This document shows positions 39,053-50,890 of a stretch of DNA of 64,000 nucleotides, in pieces. Within the stretch, counting starts at the first letter, position 1. Each line of letters opens with the position of its first letter. The notes below the pieces were generated by a model. That model was not told where the DNA came from. It made no database searches and saw only the letters and a list, made by a program, of their open reading frames with translations. Location: NCBI GenBank assembly GCA_038087875.1, contig CM075982.1, positions 63,488,001 through 63,552,000 on the forward strand. Direction: 5' to 3'. This DNA comes from Malacoraja senta. Its lineage: Eukaryota. The translations under genes and the position numbers were made by a program.

Positions 39053-39577
39053 GAACAGAGGTCTGGACAGCAGGACAACTTTCATCTGGCAGCAAAAATG
39101 CAGGAGGGGTAAACATGCAATGAGCCAATTTAGAGAAGGTGTATACTGTGTCAACAAAGTATTTATTTTACATTTTTAACTAAATAAGGCAGCACTGAAT
39201 GGAATTGGGTGGAATTCATGACTCTGCCTGCGAGGGATGGGTGGGAAATCAAATCCATGTCCCTCCAAGTGTTGAATTATTCCCACAGTGTTTGCTTCAT
39301 GCACTTTATTAATGTTTGTAATAGACAGTGTGAAATAATAAACCAAAAGACGTAGTGGATTAATAAGCATGATTATCTTCGAAATCGACATTCCTGGTGC
39401 AAAGAACCACAGAAGAAGACAGGCAAAACAGACAATACTTAATTCAGAGCCTTACGCAGATATTTAAAAAAACGTAATGTTTATCTACTGATGGTTCTCG
39501 TTGTAAATGTTACACATGAGTCCAGACTCCATGAAGTCTAATGGCATCTGGTCACATCTAGACGAGAACAAATCCTC

Positions 39578-40095
39578 AGTTTCAGTTTCAGTTTCATTTA
39601 GTTCATTGTCACATGTACCGAAGTCCAGTGAAAAGATTGTATTGCGTTCTAACCAGTGTGCAGAAAGACAATACATGATTACAATCATTGTGTAGATACA
39701 AGATAAGCGAATAACGTTTAGTGCCAGGTAAAGCCAGCAAAGTCCGATCTAGGAAAGTCTGAGGGTCACCAATGAGGTAGATACTGTAGTAGGTCAGCAC
39801 TGCTCTCTGGTTGTGCTAGGACGATTCAGTTGCCTGACAACACCTGGGAAGAACTGTCCCTGAATCTGGAGGTGTGCGGTTTCACACTTCTGTACCTTTT
39901 GCCTGATGGGAGAGGGGAGAAGAGGGAGTGGCCAGGGTGTGATTCATCCTTGAGTATGTTGCTGGCCTTGTCGAGGCAGCGTGAGTTATAAATGGAGTCA
40001 ATTGAAGGGTGGTTGGTTTGTGTGATGGTCTGCGCTGCGTTCACAATTTGCTGCAATTTTATGCGGTCTTGGATGGGGCTGTTCCCATACCAAGC
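39578..40095 (-). mobile_element. Rex1/Babar-like 3' end
   Basis: ORF 39826-40113 AWYGN..DRIKLQQIVNAAQTI..HPGHSLFSPLPSGKRYRS. Confidence 0.85.
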
Positions 40096-40214
40096 CTCAG
40101 AATGAGAGTTCAATGAACATGTTACTATATTAGACCTTTAGTACAACCATTAGAGAATAAATATAGATGAATTCTGGATTTGATGGGATATCATTGAATA
40201 TCTGGATTTGATGG

Positions 40215-40570
40215 CATTAGCAAGAAGGGGAGGTTGGATACATTTGGATTGTTTTCTCTGGAGCATCAGAGGTTGAGGGGTGATCAGATAGAGGTTTATC
40301 AACTAATGATAGGCATAGATAGGGGAGAGATTCAGAACCTTTTTCTCAGGGTGGAAATGTCAAAACCCAGAGAGCATAACATTAATATCAGAGGCGGGAA
40401 GTTTAAAGGAGATGTGTGGAGCAAGGTTTTTACATAGGGAGTAGTTGGGTGCCTGGAATGCACTGTCAGGGTTGCTGATGGAAACTGATACAATAGGACA
40501 ACAGTATCAGTTTAAGAGGCTTTTAGATCAGCACAAGAATAAGCAGGGAATGGAAGGAGTACCTGCAGGC
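40215..40570 (+). mobile_element. Old CR1 fragment
   Basis: GLFSLEHQRLRGDQIEVY. Confidence 0.7.
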
Positions 40571-40578
40571 AGAAGGGA

Positions 40579-40896
40579 TTTAGTTTAGTTTAGTTTAGAG
40601 ATACAGTGCGGAAACAGGCCCTTTGGCCCACCGAGTCCGCACCAACCAGCGATCCCTGCATATTAACACTATTCTACACCCACTAGGGACAATTTACACT
40701 TATACCAAGCCAATTTTACCAAGCCACACTCGAAACCCGTACGTCTTTGGAGTGTGGGAGGAAACCGAAGATCTCGGAGAAAAGCCACGCGATCACAAAA
40801 GAACGATACAGACAGCACCGGCAGTCGGGATCGAACCCGGGTCTCCGTCGCTGCAAGCGCTGTAATACAGCAGCTCTACCGCTGCGCCGCCGTGCA
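40579..40896 (-). mobile_element. HE1-like SINE (CpG-rich, young)
   Basis: Full copy with B box and (CTAAA)n. Confidence 0.9.
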
Positions 40897-41511
40897 CCAT
40901 GCAGTTGTTTCATTTGGTGTCATTTTCGACAGATATGAATATCAAGAAGGCCTTTTCCTGTGCGATACTTCTATGAATTAAATAATAAGCACAGGAATCA
41001 TTTTTATAGAAACAAGATTAATGCACAAAATAACACAAAGTTACATGAATGAATACGTGATGTTTAGGTCGGGACCCTTCTTCAGACTGATTGTAAGAGG
41101 GAGAAGAAAGCTAGAAGAGGGGAGAGGCAGGACAAAGCAATTTTTGTCTTTTTTGCCTGCCTTCTATAATAGTTATTTGCATCAGGACTGTTGATTTATT
41201 GGATTAACATATTTATTAATTTTACTATGTCTTTCAATCAGTTTATTATTTCACACGCTCTGTTGGGAACAGTAATGCAGAGCATGAAACAAACACTGTG
41301 GGAATAATTCCTTACTCAGTGTGACATGGATTGGAGCCAAGAGTGGTTTGGTAGCACCACCACTTATGAAGCTGGCTGAGTCTGTGTACTGAACAAACCA
41401 GTATACAGGGCTAAACCTACTTGACCTCAATCTTGGTAAATCTACTGTTTCAGACCCATCTTTCCTCAATTGAAGTGCCCACAGAGTCCTTCTGCTTCTA
41501 AAGTTCCTTCA

Positions 41512-42209
41512 TGTGGACGCAGCCCAGACCATCACACAAACCAACCTCCATTCCATTGACTCCATCAACACTTCACTCTGCCTCGCCAAGGCCACCAACA
41601 TAATCAAGGATGAGTCTCACCCCGGTCACTCCCTCTTCTCGCCTACAGAGGTACAGAAGTGTGAAAACCCACACCTTCAGGTTCAGGGACAGTTTCTTCC
41701 CAGCTATTATCAGACAACTGAACCGTCCTATCAAAAATAAAGGGTCTGTTCCACTTGGCGATTTTTTCGGCGTCTGCCGGCATCATTGACTGCCGTATCA
41801 GGTCACCGAAACGTTGCAGTGTGACGCGCCGGTGACGCACAATGACGCAGCATGATGACGTATGACGCGCAGTGTTTTTTCGAATGTCGCAACGTTTTTT
41901 TTGTGGCCGCTGGATTTTGAAATATTCAAGATCTTTTGGCGACACTGATATGATGCCGAAAAAATCGGCAAATGGGACAGGCCCTTAAGAGAGTAGTCCT
42001 GACAAGTACCTCATTAGAGACTCTTGGACTACCGGTAATCGGCCTTTGCTGGACTTTATCTTGCACTAAATGTTATTCCCTTTATTATGTTTCTGTATTC
42101 TGTGGATGGCTCAATTATAATGATATATAGTCTTTCTGCTGACTGGATAGCACGCAATAAATGATTTTCACTGTACCCCAGTACACATGACAATAAACTA
42201 AACTAAACT
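41512..42209 (+). mobile_element. Rex1/Babar-like 3' end interrupted by a MITE
   Basis: DAAQTITQTNLHSIDSI..KDESHPGHSLFS; UTR resumes after 41988. Confidence 0.85.
41741..41985. mobile_element. PIF/Harbinger-type MITE
   Basis: TAA|agggtctgttccacttggcgattttttcggc...gccgaaaaaatcggcaaatgggacaggccct|TAA; 3-bp TAA TSD. Confidence 0.88.
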
Positions 42210-42404
42210 TCACACCAAGATCACTCTCAATTATGTTGAGCCTTTCTATGCTGAATGGGACAAACTCAGCACAGATACATTCTCCATTGATTATAGTATT
42301 ATTTTGGACAAAGGAAAAAGGTTGTGGTTATTGGAAATCAATGATCTCAGCCCCAGAATTGTTGCAGAGTTCCTCAATGCAATGTCCCAGGCCAAACACA
42401 CCGT

Positions 42405-42619
42405 GGGCAGCACGGTGGCGGGGCGCAGCGGTAGAGTTGCTGCCTTACAGTGCTGGAGACCCAGGTTCGATCCTGACTACGTGTGCTGGCTGTACGGAGT
42501 TTGTACATTCCCCTCATTACTTGCATGGGTTTTCTCTGAGATAATCAGTTTCCTCCCACACTCCAAAAACGTACAGGGCCTGTTTCCGCGCTATATCACT
42601 AAACTAAACTAAACTAAAC
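42405..42619 (+). mobile_element. HE1-like SINE, internally deleted
   Basis: Head and body joined directly to the tail. Confidence 0.8.
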
Positions 42620-42773
42620 CATCTTTATCAATGACATTCGTCCATCATAAGGTCAGATGTGGGGATAATTGCTAATGATTGTACAATGTTAAATGTTTTA
42701 AACATAACTGCTTAATAAAACAAAATGTTATTCAGTAAATCCTAGACAACATTCAGGCATGGACTGGTAAATG

Positions 42774-42885
42774 TTTGAGAAGGAACTGCAGATGCTGGAA
42801 AAGGTTTCGACCCAAAACGTTGCCTATTTCCTTTGCTCCAGAGATGCTGCCTCACCCGCTGAGTTTCTCCAGCATTTTTGTCTAC
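42774..42885. mobile_element. Mini PLE pLTR insertion with 16-bp TSD
   Basis: catggactggt(a/g)aatg at 42758-42773 and 42886-42901 flanks two oppositely oriented pLTR pieces. Confidence 0.8.
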
Positions 42886-43498
42886 CATGGACTGGTGAAT
42901 GGTGAGTTAAATTTTATACCACAGAACTGCAGGCATATAGCATCTCCAACAAGAAGGAATTTACCCCTTTACCCTTGATATTCAAAAGCATTATCACCAG
43001 TATCCCAACATCAACATTCAACAGAAACTCAATAGAACCGGCCACGTAAATATTTTGGATGAAGGATCACATCAGAGGCTGGTATTCTGCAATGAGTGAT
43101 CCATCGTCTGATACCCCCTCGGCACAATGCCCCTATTGGGTAGGGAGTGGAAGAGAAAGTATCTACAACCTAGCACTAGTGGGAACAAGTGATCGATGTT
43201 CGGCATGGAGCCAAGCGCCTTTCTCCACGCTGTATCTCTAAACTCTAAAAGAAATCCATAAGGTACAAGTAAGAAGTTGTATGTATTCAAGAGAGAGTTA
43301 GATTTAGCTCTTAGGGCTAAAGGAATCAAGGGATACAGGGAGAAAGCAGAAACGGGGTACTGATTTTGGATGATCAGCCGTGATCATATTGAATGGTGGT
43401 GCTGGCTCGAAGGGCCGAATGGCCTACTCCTGCACCTATTTTCCATGTTTCTAAGTGTAATAAATATCCTCTACTTCACTGGATGAATTCAGCTGACA

Positions 43499-43698
43499 NN
43501 NNNNNNNNNNNNNNNNNNNNNNNNNNNNNNNNNNNNNNNNNNNNNNNNNNNNNNNNNNNNNNNNNNNNNNNNNNNNNNNNNNNNNNNNNNNNNNNNNNNN
43601 NNNNNNNNNNNNNNNNNNNNNNNNNNNNNNNNNNNNNNNNNNNNNNNNNNNNNNNNNNNNNNNNNNNNNNNNNNNNNNNNNNNNNNNNNNNNNNNNNN
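43499..43698. other. Assembly gap (200 N)
   Basis: N run. Confidence 1.
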
Positions 43699-45157
43699 AA
43701 ATGCTCCCGCCGGCCCCTTAACTGAAGCCGTCCCCGTCCCCAGCTGCAGGAACGCTCCCCCCCCCCTCCACCGGCCCCCACCTAAAGCTGACCCCATCCC
43801 CCCGGCTGCAGGACACTCCCCGCCGGCCCCCGCCTGATGCCGTCCCCCTCCCCTGGCTACAGAACGCTCCCCGCCTGAAGCCGTCCTTGTCCCCAGCTGC
43901 AGTCTATTCTGCCCACAATGTGGAAACCAGTCCCTCCGACTCTCAACACCTGTACTAGCCCAAGAAAAGTCCCTTCGGCCCATAATTTCCATACCAGCCC
44001 TCTGGAAACCAGTCGCTTTGGGAACACAACACCCGTACTAGCCCTCCAGAAAGCCCCCCCCCCCCACAGCCACCACCTGAACGCCTCCCCCCTCCCCGGC
44101 TGCAGGACGCTCCCCCCCCCACCAACCACCGACAGCCCCCACCTGAAGCCGTCCCCCTCCGTCGGCTGCAGGACGCTATTCCCCCCCCCCCCCATCGGCC
44201 CCATACAGCCCCCACCTGAAGCTGTCCCCCTCCGTCGGCTGCAGGACGCTATTCCCCCCCCCCCATCGGCCCCATACAGCCGCCGCCTGAAGCCGTCCTC
44301 CTCCCCTGCTGCAGGACGCTCTCCCGCCCCACCGGCCCCCGACAGCCCCGGCTGCAGGACGCTCTCCCCCCACCCCCCACTGACCCCCGACCAGCCACCT
44401 CCTGAAGCCGTCCCAACCCCAGCTTCAGGATGCTCCCCACCGGTCCAGGCTTGAAGCTGGTGGGGACCGGTGGGAAGCATCTTGCAGCTGGGGACGGCTT
44501 CAGGCGGGGACGGTGGGGGGGAGCATCCTGCAGCTGGGGACGGAATGGGACGGCTTCAGGCGAGGGCCGGTGGGGGGGAACGTTCTGCAGCGGGGGAGGG
44601 GGACGGCTTCAGGAGGGGGCTGTCGGGAGCTGTCGGGGGCTGGGGGGTGGAGCGTCCTACAGCGGTAGGCCACGGCAGCGCTCCCCCCTCCCCACCGGCC
44701 CCCGACAGGCCCCGTCTGAAGCTGTCCCCCTCACCCGGGTGCAGGACGCTTCCCCCTCCCCCACCGGCCCCCAACAACTCCTGCCTGAAGCTGTACCCCT
44801 CACCGGCTGCAGAACGCAACAAGAGACGCAACAGATACACACCTCCCCTCCCACCCCACATCCCTCGCCACACACCACCCTCCCCCACACCCTCCCTCCC
44901 CCCACACCACACTCTCCCCCCCTCCTACACCCCCCTGTTCACACACACCCCCACTGCCCTCCTCCCCTCCCACCCCACACCACCTTCCACACATGAAGAG
45001 GAGGGGGAGGGAGTGCTGGGGTATGAGGGGAAATGAGCCGCGCCTGTACAGTTAGGGGCTATGGGTGAGTGGTGGAATATTGCATTGGGAGAATGGGTTC
45101 CGTTGGGGGACCAGGCCTCCCGTGTGACTGGGACACAATGGGTCCCACTTAGTCAAG
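43699..45157 (+). mobile_element. Helitron-like element (5' end in or near the gap) with GC-rich minisatellite cargo
   Basis: 3' hairpin gggacac-aat-gggtccc (45130-45146) then acttagtCAAG|T, homologous to the CTAG end at 34713. Confidence 0.7.
43705..44820. repeat. GC-rich minisatellite, ~60-73 bp unit, with an inverted block at ~44460-44660
   Basis: Recurrent cctgaagccgtcccc..ggctgcaggacgct (cctgaag at 44142, 44215, 44286); reverse-complement units in the middle block. Confidence 0.9.
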
Positions 45158-45884
45158 TATAAACTAAAAGCAGAGACGGTCTAAAACATGTTTTGTCTGT
45201 CCTCATGTTCTTTCTCTGTACCATCTGGTACTTTGAAGTAAACAACAGTCAAACAATATTTTAGGAGACTGCCACAAGAATCAAGATTTATATGTTTAAG
45301 GTTCTCTGAATTGATATAAGTGATTGGATCACAATTACACCAGTCGGCACATCAAGTCTACTCCACCATTCAATCATGGCTGATCTATTTTTCCCTCTCA
45401 ACCCCATTCTCCTGGTTTCTCCCCATAGCCCCTGACACCTGTACTAATCAAGAATCTATCTATCTATCTCTGCCTTACAAATATCCATTGACGGCCTCCA
45501 CAGCCTTCTGTGACAATTAATTATATGGAAGCAATTTTTTTTTTTTACGTACAAACTGTTGCCTCCTAGGCTCAATATCTTTCACAGGTTTATGCAACAT
45601 GCCTGGAGCTATCAATCTACCACTTGCAGGAAGCACCATTGCATCCTAGGCTTTACATGCATGGATGCATTGGTGGTTCCCATCAAATGGTAGAATGCTG
45701 GCTGCAGGCATGATGGCTAAAACTGTTAAAAGGTATTGAGGTTATATTAACTAGAAAGTATTAAATATGAGAATTTCAAATATTTTACAGCCATAAAATT
45801 CTTAATTTGTTGTGCAATCAGCATGTTCAAAAATATAAATAGAAAGTTTTTCAAAAATTATTCAAAGCATTTCAGTTGAGATTG

Positions 45885-46129
45885 GCTCTTTGGTCCACCG
45901 AGTCCGTTCCAACCAGCACTTTACACTAGCACTATCCTACACATTAGGGACAATTTACAGGTTTACCGAAGTCAATTAACCTACAAACTTGTACGTCTTT
46001 AGAGTGTGGGACGATGAGGTCACATGGAGAATGTGTAAATTCTGTACAGACAGCACCTGTAGTCAGGATTGAACCTAGATCTCTGACGCTATAGGGCAGC
46101 AACTCCACCGCTGTGCCACTGTGCCACCC
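45885..46129 (-). mobile_element. HE1-like SINE (degenerate)
   Basis: Match to the other copies. Confidence 0.75.
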
Positions 46130-46152
46130 TATTTTGTCCATTCCTATCCTAA

Positions 46153-46486
46153 AGGGCCCTGTCCCACTTAGGCGATTTTTCAGGCGACTGCTGGCGACTA
46201 GGCTGTCACCACATGTTCGTGAGTCGTCTCCTCAGTCGCCCAAAGAGTTGTAGCGTTTTTCTGGTCGCCGCTGGATTTGAAATGTTCAAACTTTTCGGTG
46301 CCAGTCGGTGACCGTGGGCTTGTCGTAGCGTGTCTTCTCCTGACTTAGGTGCTGTTGTAGGTTGTCGCCAGGATGGCGAAGGTTGTCGCCAGGTGACGTA
46401 GGTTGTCGCCGGTGCTGACTTCGGTGAATTTCATTGTTGCACTCACCGGCAGTCGCCTAAAAAATCGTCTAAGTGGGACAGGCCCT
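46153..46486. mobile_element. PIF/Harbinger-type MITE
   Basis: ~42-bp TIRs agggccctgtcccacttaggcgatttttcaggcgactg / cagtcgcctaaaaaatcgtctaagtgggacaggccct; flanks taa/tat; internal ggttgtcgcc x3. Confidence 0.85.
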
Positions 46487-47947
46487 TATAACTCTACACC
46501 TGCCTTCCCCTCTTTTCTTAAAAGCTACATATATAATTAAGCTTATACAGTATGCCTCATTGTTAAATGTTTTTTGACAATGACCTTGGGAAGTGGTACA
46601 TTTTGTTGGAATGAAGGCACTATGTAAGTACAAGTTCTCGTCTTTGTTCTTCACATGCTGAATAATACCTTGAAGAGCTTAATTCTCCCAAGTTCAATAG
46701 TTCTGCTCCTTTGTATAATCATCTCACCCACTTCCATACCCTCGTCTCTATCTGGAATGCAATGTTCACACGAGACAAGGTGTCTCCATCTCTTATCTCA
46801 ATGCCTGCTAAGGAAATGGTAAACTTAGAATATAGTTCATGATATTTGTCAGTTGCCCTTTTAAATTCACACAAAAGCAATGAAAACCAAACCTGTATTT
46901 CAATATATGAATATTAATGTGTGGTGACTGTATTTCACATCATTCAGGTATAATGTAATAATAATGGTGAAGTTATTGAATTTACATATAAAAGTATAAT
47001 CAGTATGTGTTAATGCATTATATTCATTGCTTCCAGTTGGTTTATCTTATCTATTTAAAAATCTTTCTCATTCTTGAAATCAGTATATATAAAGGCCAAT
47101 GCATTATGTTACGCATCACTACTTAGCAAGAGATCAGATTAGCTATGAACAACTTAAGTAGGGGTGTGTTTTGACAAACTACGTAAAAGTGAGAGAAACA
47201 TGTTTAGTCAAGCTGTGTGCTATCCTTCCGTGTGAGCCCCTTTTCAATTTCCCTTCAATTGTGGTGAGTCATTTTGCCTACGGCCTTCAGCACTTGAGAT
47301 ACAGAGGACTAATTACATATTAACCTGCAGGCATTTGTCAGTTTAGTTCCATTTGACTCAAACACCCCCAATTACAACAGATTGGAAAAGAATTATGAAG
47401 ACAAGGCGGCTCTGTGCAGAAACCAAAACTTATCAGCTTAATCTGAGGTAGATAAATGTTAGTGTAATGGAGATGTTATCCACGGTTAGGTATGTGAATG
47501 TAATGTGAAATGAAGCATAAATATTCCATATTGTTTCTGACTGTTCCTTTACCTCCCCACCTTCCGCCCAGGTATAAATCAGGCGAAGTGTACATAAAGT
47601 GCACTCTACTTGACCAGAGCTGAACTCTGGCATTTCCGGTTTGCGTCATTACTGTGTTAAAGACACACCCAGCATAAGAAGTGTGGGAGAGAAGGAGGCT
47701 CAATTTTTGCATCTGATTTCAAAGTTAGTGAAAGGTGCTGTGAAACATTTGGTCACAGATTTAATTGAGTTAGTTGCCATGCCCTCTAAGGTCTCCTAAA
47801 GAAAAGCAGAAATTTCTGTAAATTCTCAGCGGGGGTCAGGCGGCATCTGTGGGAACAGAAACAGAGTTGGCGTTTTAGTTCAGAGACCCTTCATCAGAAC
47901 TGAAAAGCAGACATGAAGCTGCAGGGAGGGTGGGGGAGGGGGATGTC

Positions 47948-48920
47948 TAGAATAGAACATAGGGCAGGACGGCAGCAGATCAGGCCCTTCAGCCATAATG
48001 TCTGTGCTGAACATGATCATAAGATCATAAGACCATAAGTGATAGGAGCAGAAGTAGGCCCATCAAGTCTACTTCACCATTCAATCATGGCTGATCTATC
48101 TCTCCCTCCTAACCCATTCTCCTGCCTTCTCCCCATAACTCCTGACACCCGTCAAGTTAAACATGTTAATGTTAAACCAATGCATGCAAGTTAAACTAAG
48201 TTAAACTAATCTCTGCCTGCTTGTGATCCATATCCTTCCATTGCAGATCCATGATATGATTTTAAAAGCCTCTTAAATGCCATTATCGTATCTGTTTTCA
48301 CAATCACCAGTGGTAGCATGTTCCACCCACCTCTCTCTGTGGAATAAATTTTACCCCACTCATCTCCTTTAAACTTTGCTGCTCTCACCCTAAATCAATG
48401 CCCTCTAACCTTTAACATTTCCACTCTGGGGAAAAAGGGTCTGGCAATCTATCCTATCTAGGTCTCTCAAGATTTTATATATTTTTATCAGGTCTCTTTT
48501 GAACCTTTGATGTTCAGGGAAAACAATCCAAGTTTGTCCAACCTTTACCTACAGTTAATCCAGGCAGCTTTCTGGTCAAGGCAAGTTCACGTTCACAAGT
48601 TAGAGGAGTAGAATTAAGCCATGCGGCCCATCGAGTCTACCCCGCCATTCAATCATGCCTTATCTCTGCCTCCTAATCCCATTTTCCCGCCTTCTCCCTA
48701 TAACTCTTGACACCCGTTCTAATCAAGAATTTGTCTATCTCTGCCTTAAAAATATCCAATGACTTGGCCTCCACAACCCTCGGTTCCACAAATTAACTAC
48801 CCTCTGACTAAAGAAGTTCCTCCTCACCTCCTTTCTAAAATGGTGCCCTTTAATTCGAAGGCAATGACCTCTGGTTCTAGACTCTCCCACCAGTGGAATC
48901 ATCAACCTCTTCAGCACCCT
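47948..48920 (-). mobile_element. Nested CR1 3' fragments of several subfamilies
   Basis: ESRTRGHCLRIKGHHFRKEVRRNFFSQRVVNLWN and additional tails. Confidence 0.75.
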
Positions 48921-49269
48921 CTCTAAAGCCTTCAGGGTGCCAAAGATAGGGGTAAAACTTTGGGCGGCCTTGGGGATTAAGCTGTTAGCAGATTATCTAG
49001 TCAATGAGTGAAGGGGAGCATTTAGAGAGATAGAGAGTACATAGATAAAAGATCCTAGATAAAATCTTTGACAGTTGGGAAATGAAGAGCAGGAGGTCAA
49101 GCCTAGCAAGTCAGTCCTCCACTTCCAGAGAGAGAAAAAAGGGAGGTAATAAAGGCATAAAGTACAGGCTGAGCTAATATTACATGTTACCTGATGTAGT
49201 AGAATTTGAGTCCAGAAGACTACAATATGCCCAGATGGAAAATAAGGTGCTTACTGTGACAGTACAATA

Positions 49270-49555
49270 GCAGCACGGGGCGCAGGGGTAGAGTTGGTGC
49301 CTCACAGCGCCAGAGACCTGGGTTCGATCCTGACTACGGGTGCTGTTTGTACGAAGTTTGTACGTTCTCCCTTTGACCGGGTTTTCTCCGGGTGCTCCAG
49401 TTTCCTCCCACATTCTAAAGATGTGCAGGTTTGTAGGTTAATTGGTTTCTGTAAATTGTCCGTAGTGTGTAGGATAGAATTTGTGTATGGGTGATCGCTG
49501 GTTCGCTTGGACTTGGTGGGCCGAAAGACTGTTTCCATGGGGTATCTGTTAAACT
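49270..49555 (+). mobile_element. HE1-like SINE
   Basis: Head, body and tail present. Confidence 0.85.
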
Positions 49556-50890
49556 ATAGGAGGCCACAACTGATAGCTCAGGAGTCAGGGGTTATGGAGC
49601 GAAGGCAGGAGAATGGGGTTGAGAGGGAAAGATAGATCAGCCATGTATGAACAGCAGAGTAGGCTTGATAGGCCGAATAGCCTATATCTGCTCCTATAAC
49701 CTATGAACTTATGAAAACTCAAAGTCGGAGTAAAATGAGGAATTAAAGTGACACTTAAGGTCCATTCTGGTCTCCCATTTGTTCATCTAACCATTCTCCA
49801 GTCAGTCACATGGAGGGGGGGGGGAGGAGGGGAGGGGGGGGGGGGGATTAACATTAACCTTACATAAATTATACTGAATAAATATTCAAAATATAAATCA
49901 CAGTATTATTTTGTGCAAAACCAAAAATAGGCCAATGATTTGAAATGTGTGTTCTATGGGAATAAGATTGATAGTATTGAACACAAAACCTGAGTAACTG
50001 TAGTGTCTGTGTGTGGGGTCGCTATATTGACAAGAAAGATATAGAATAGTTTCTATAGGCAATGCTAAATATTCTGCAATTTCTCTTTATTTTTGTGAAT
50101 CTCCATTCTTCTCCACAGACTGTTGTGAAAATGCAGTTGAGAATACTCACAGGTTAATGAGGAAATACTTTTTTTTATCTTAAAACTTAACTTGCATCGG
50201 TAAACATACAGATTCATGGCACAAGGTACATTTCTTACTAACATCTTACTCTTGCTGTTAACAACAAAAACATTTTCCTATTGAACTTTGACTCTACTGT
50301 TTCCTCCCATGATCTTGTACATCTCTATAGGATCACCCTCATCCTCCAACGCTCCAAGGAATAAAGTCCTCACCTCCCCAACCTCTCCCTCTCCCTACAG
50401 CTCAGGCCCTTGAATCCTGGTAATATCCTTGTAAATCCTCTGCACACTTTCCATCTTAACAACACGAAACACTAAGCAGCCCAGCGTAAATGGTGAAGAT
50501 AAGCACCATTTCCCACCACCCACCACATCAATCGAGTACCCTTTACCCTACTCACGGCAGTCCCTATATCTCATATTTATCTCACCAGCTACCTCAGAAC
50601 AGCAGAATTTCAAGGGATTGCCAAAGATTGAAGAGTTATGAGGATTAAATGACTAAAATCATTTCATCAATGATTAAAATGTATTGAACTAAATAAGGCC
50701 TTGACGTTGCAAGACATGGAAAGATGTGGGAGAACTTGACCCTAATTACACAAAAAAATTATCTGGCCATATTATACTAAAGGGCACCCAAAGCAAAAAG
50801 TGAAATATTAGAGCTCAGAACTGAAATGGAGGCAATTGATAGAATTAAATGGCTTGCCTTTCCCAGGAATTGTCATTTCAGTGACATGCT

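Noticed and set aside
43857-45036. Several overlapping 170-210 aa Pro/Gly-rich ORFs
   Set aside because: They arise from a GC-rich minisatellite that lacks stops in several frames on both strands; no domain is recognisable.
45141-46172. GTCCCACTTAG shared by the Helitron 3' end and the Harbinger MITE terminus
   Set aside because: An 11-bp match between elements with different mechanisms and end structures; coincidence cannot be excluded, so no relationship is claimed.
49813-49846. G-runs here and C/G-runs at 5455, 6860 and 26628 as functional G-quadruplexes
   Set aside because: Homopolymer tracts are common and error-prone, and there is no further support.
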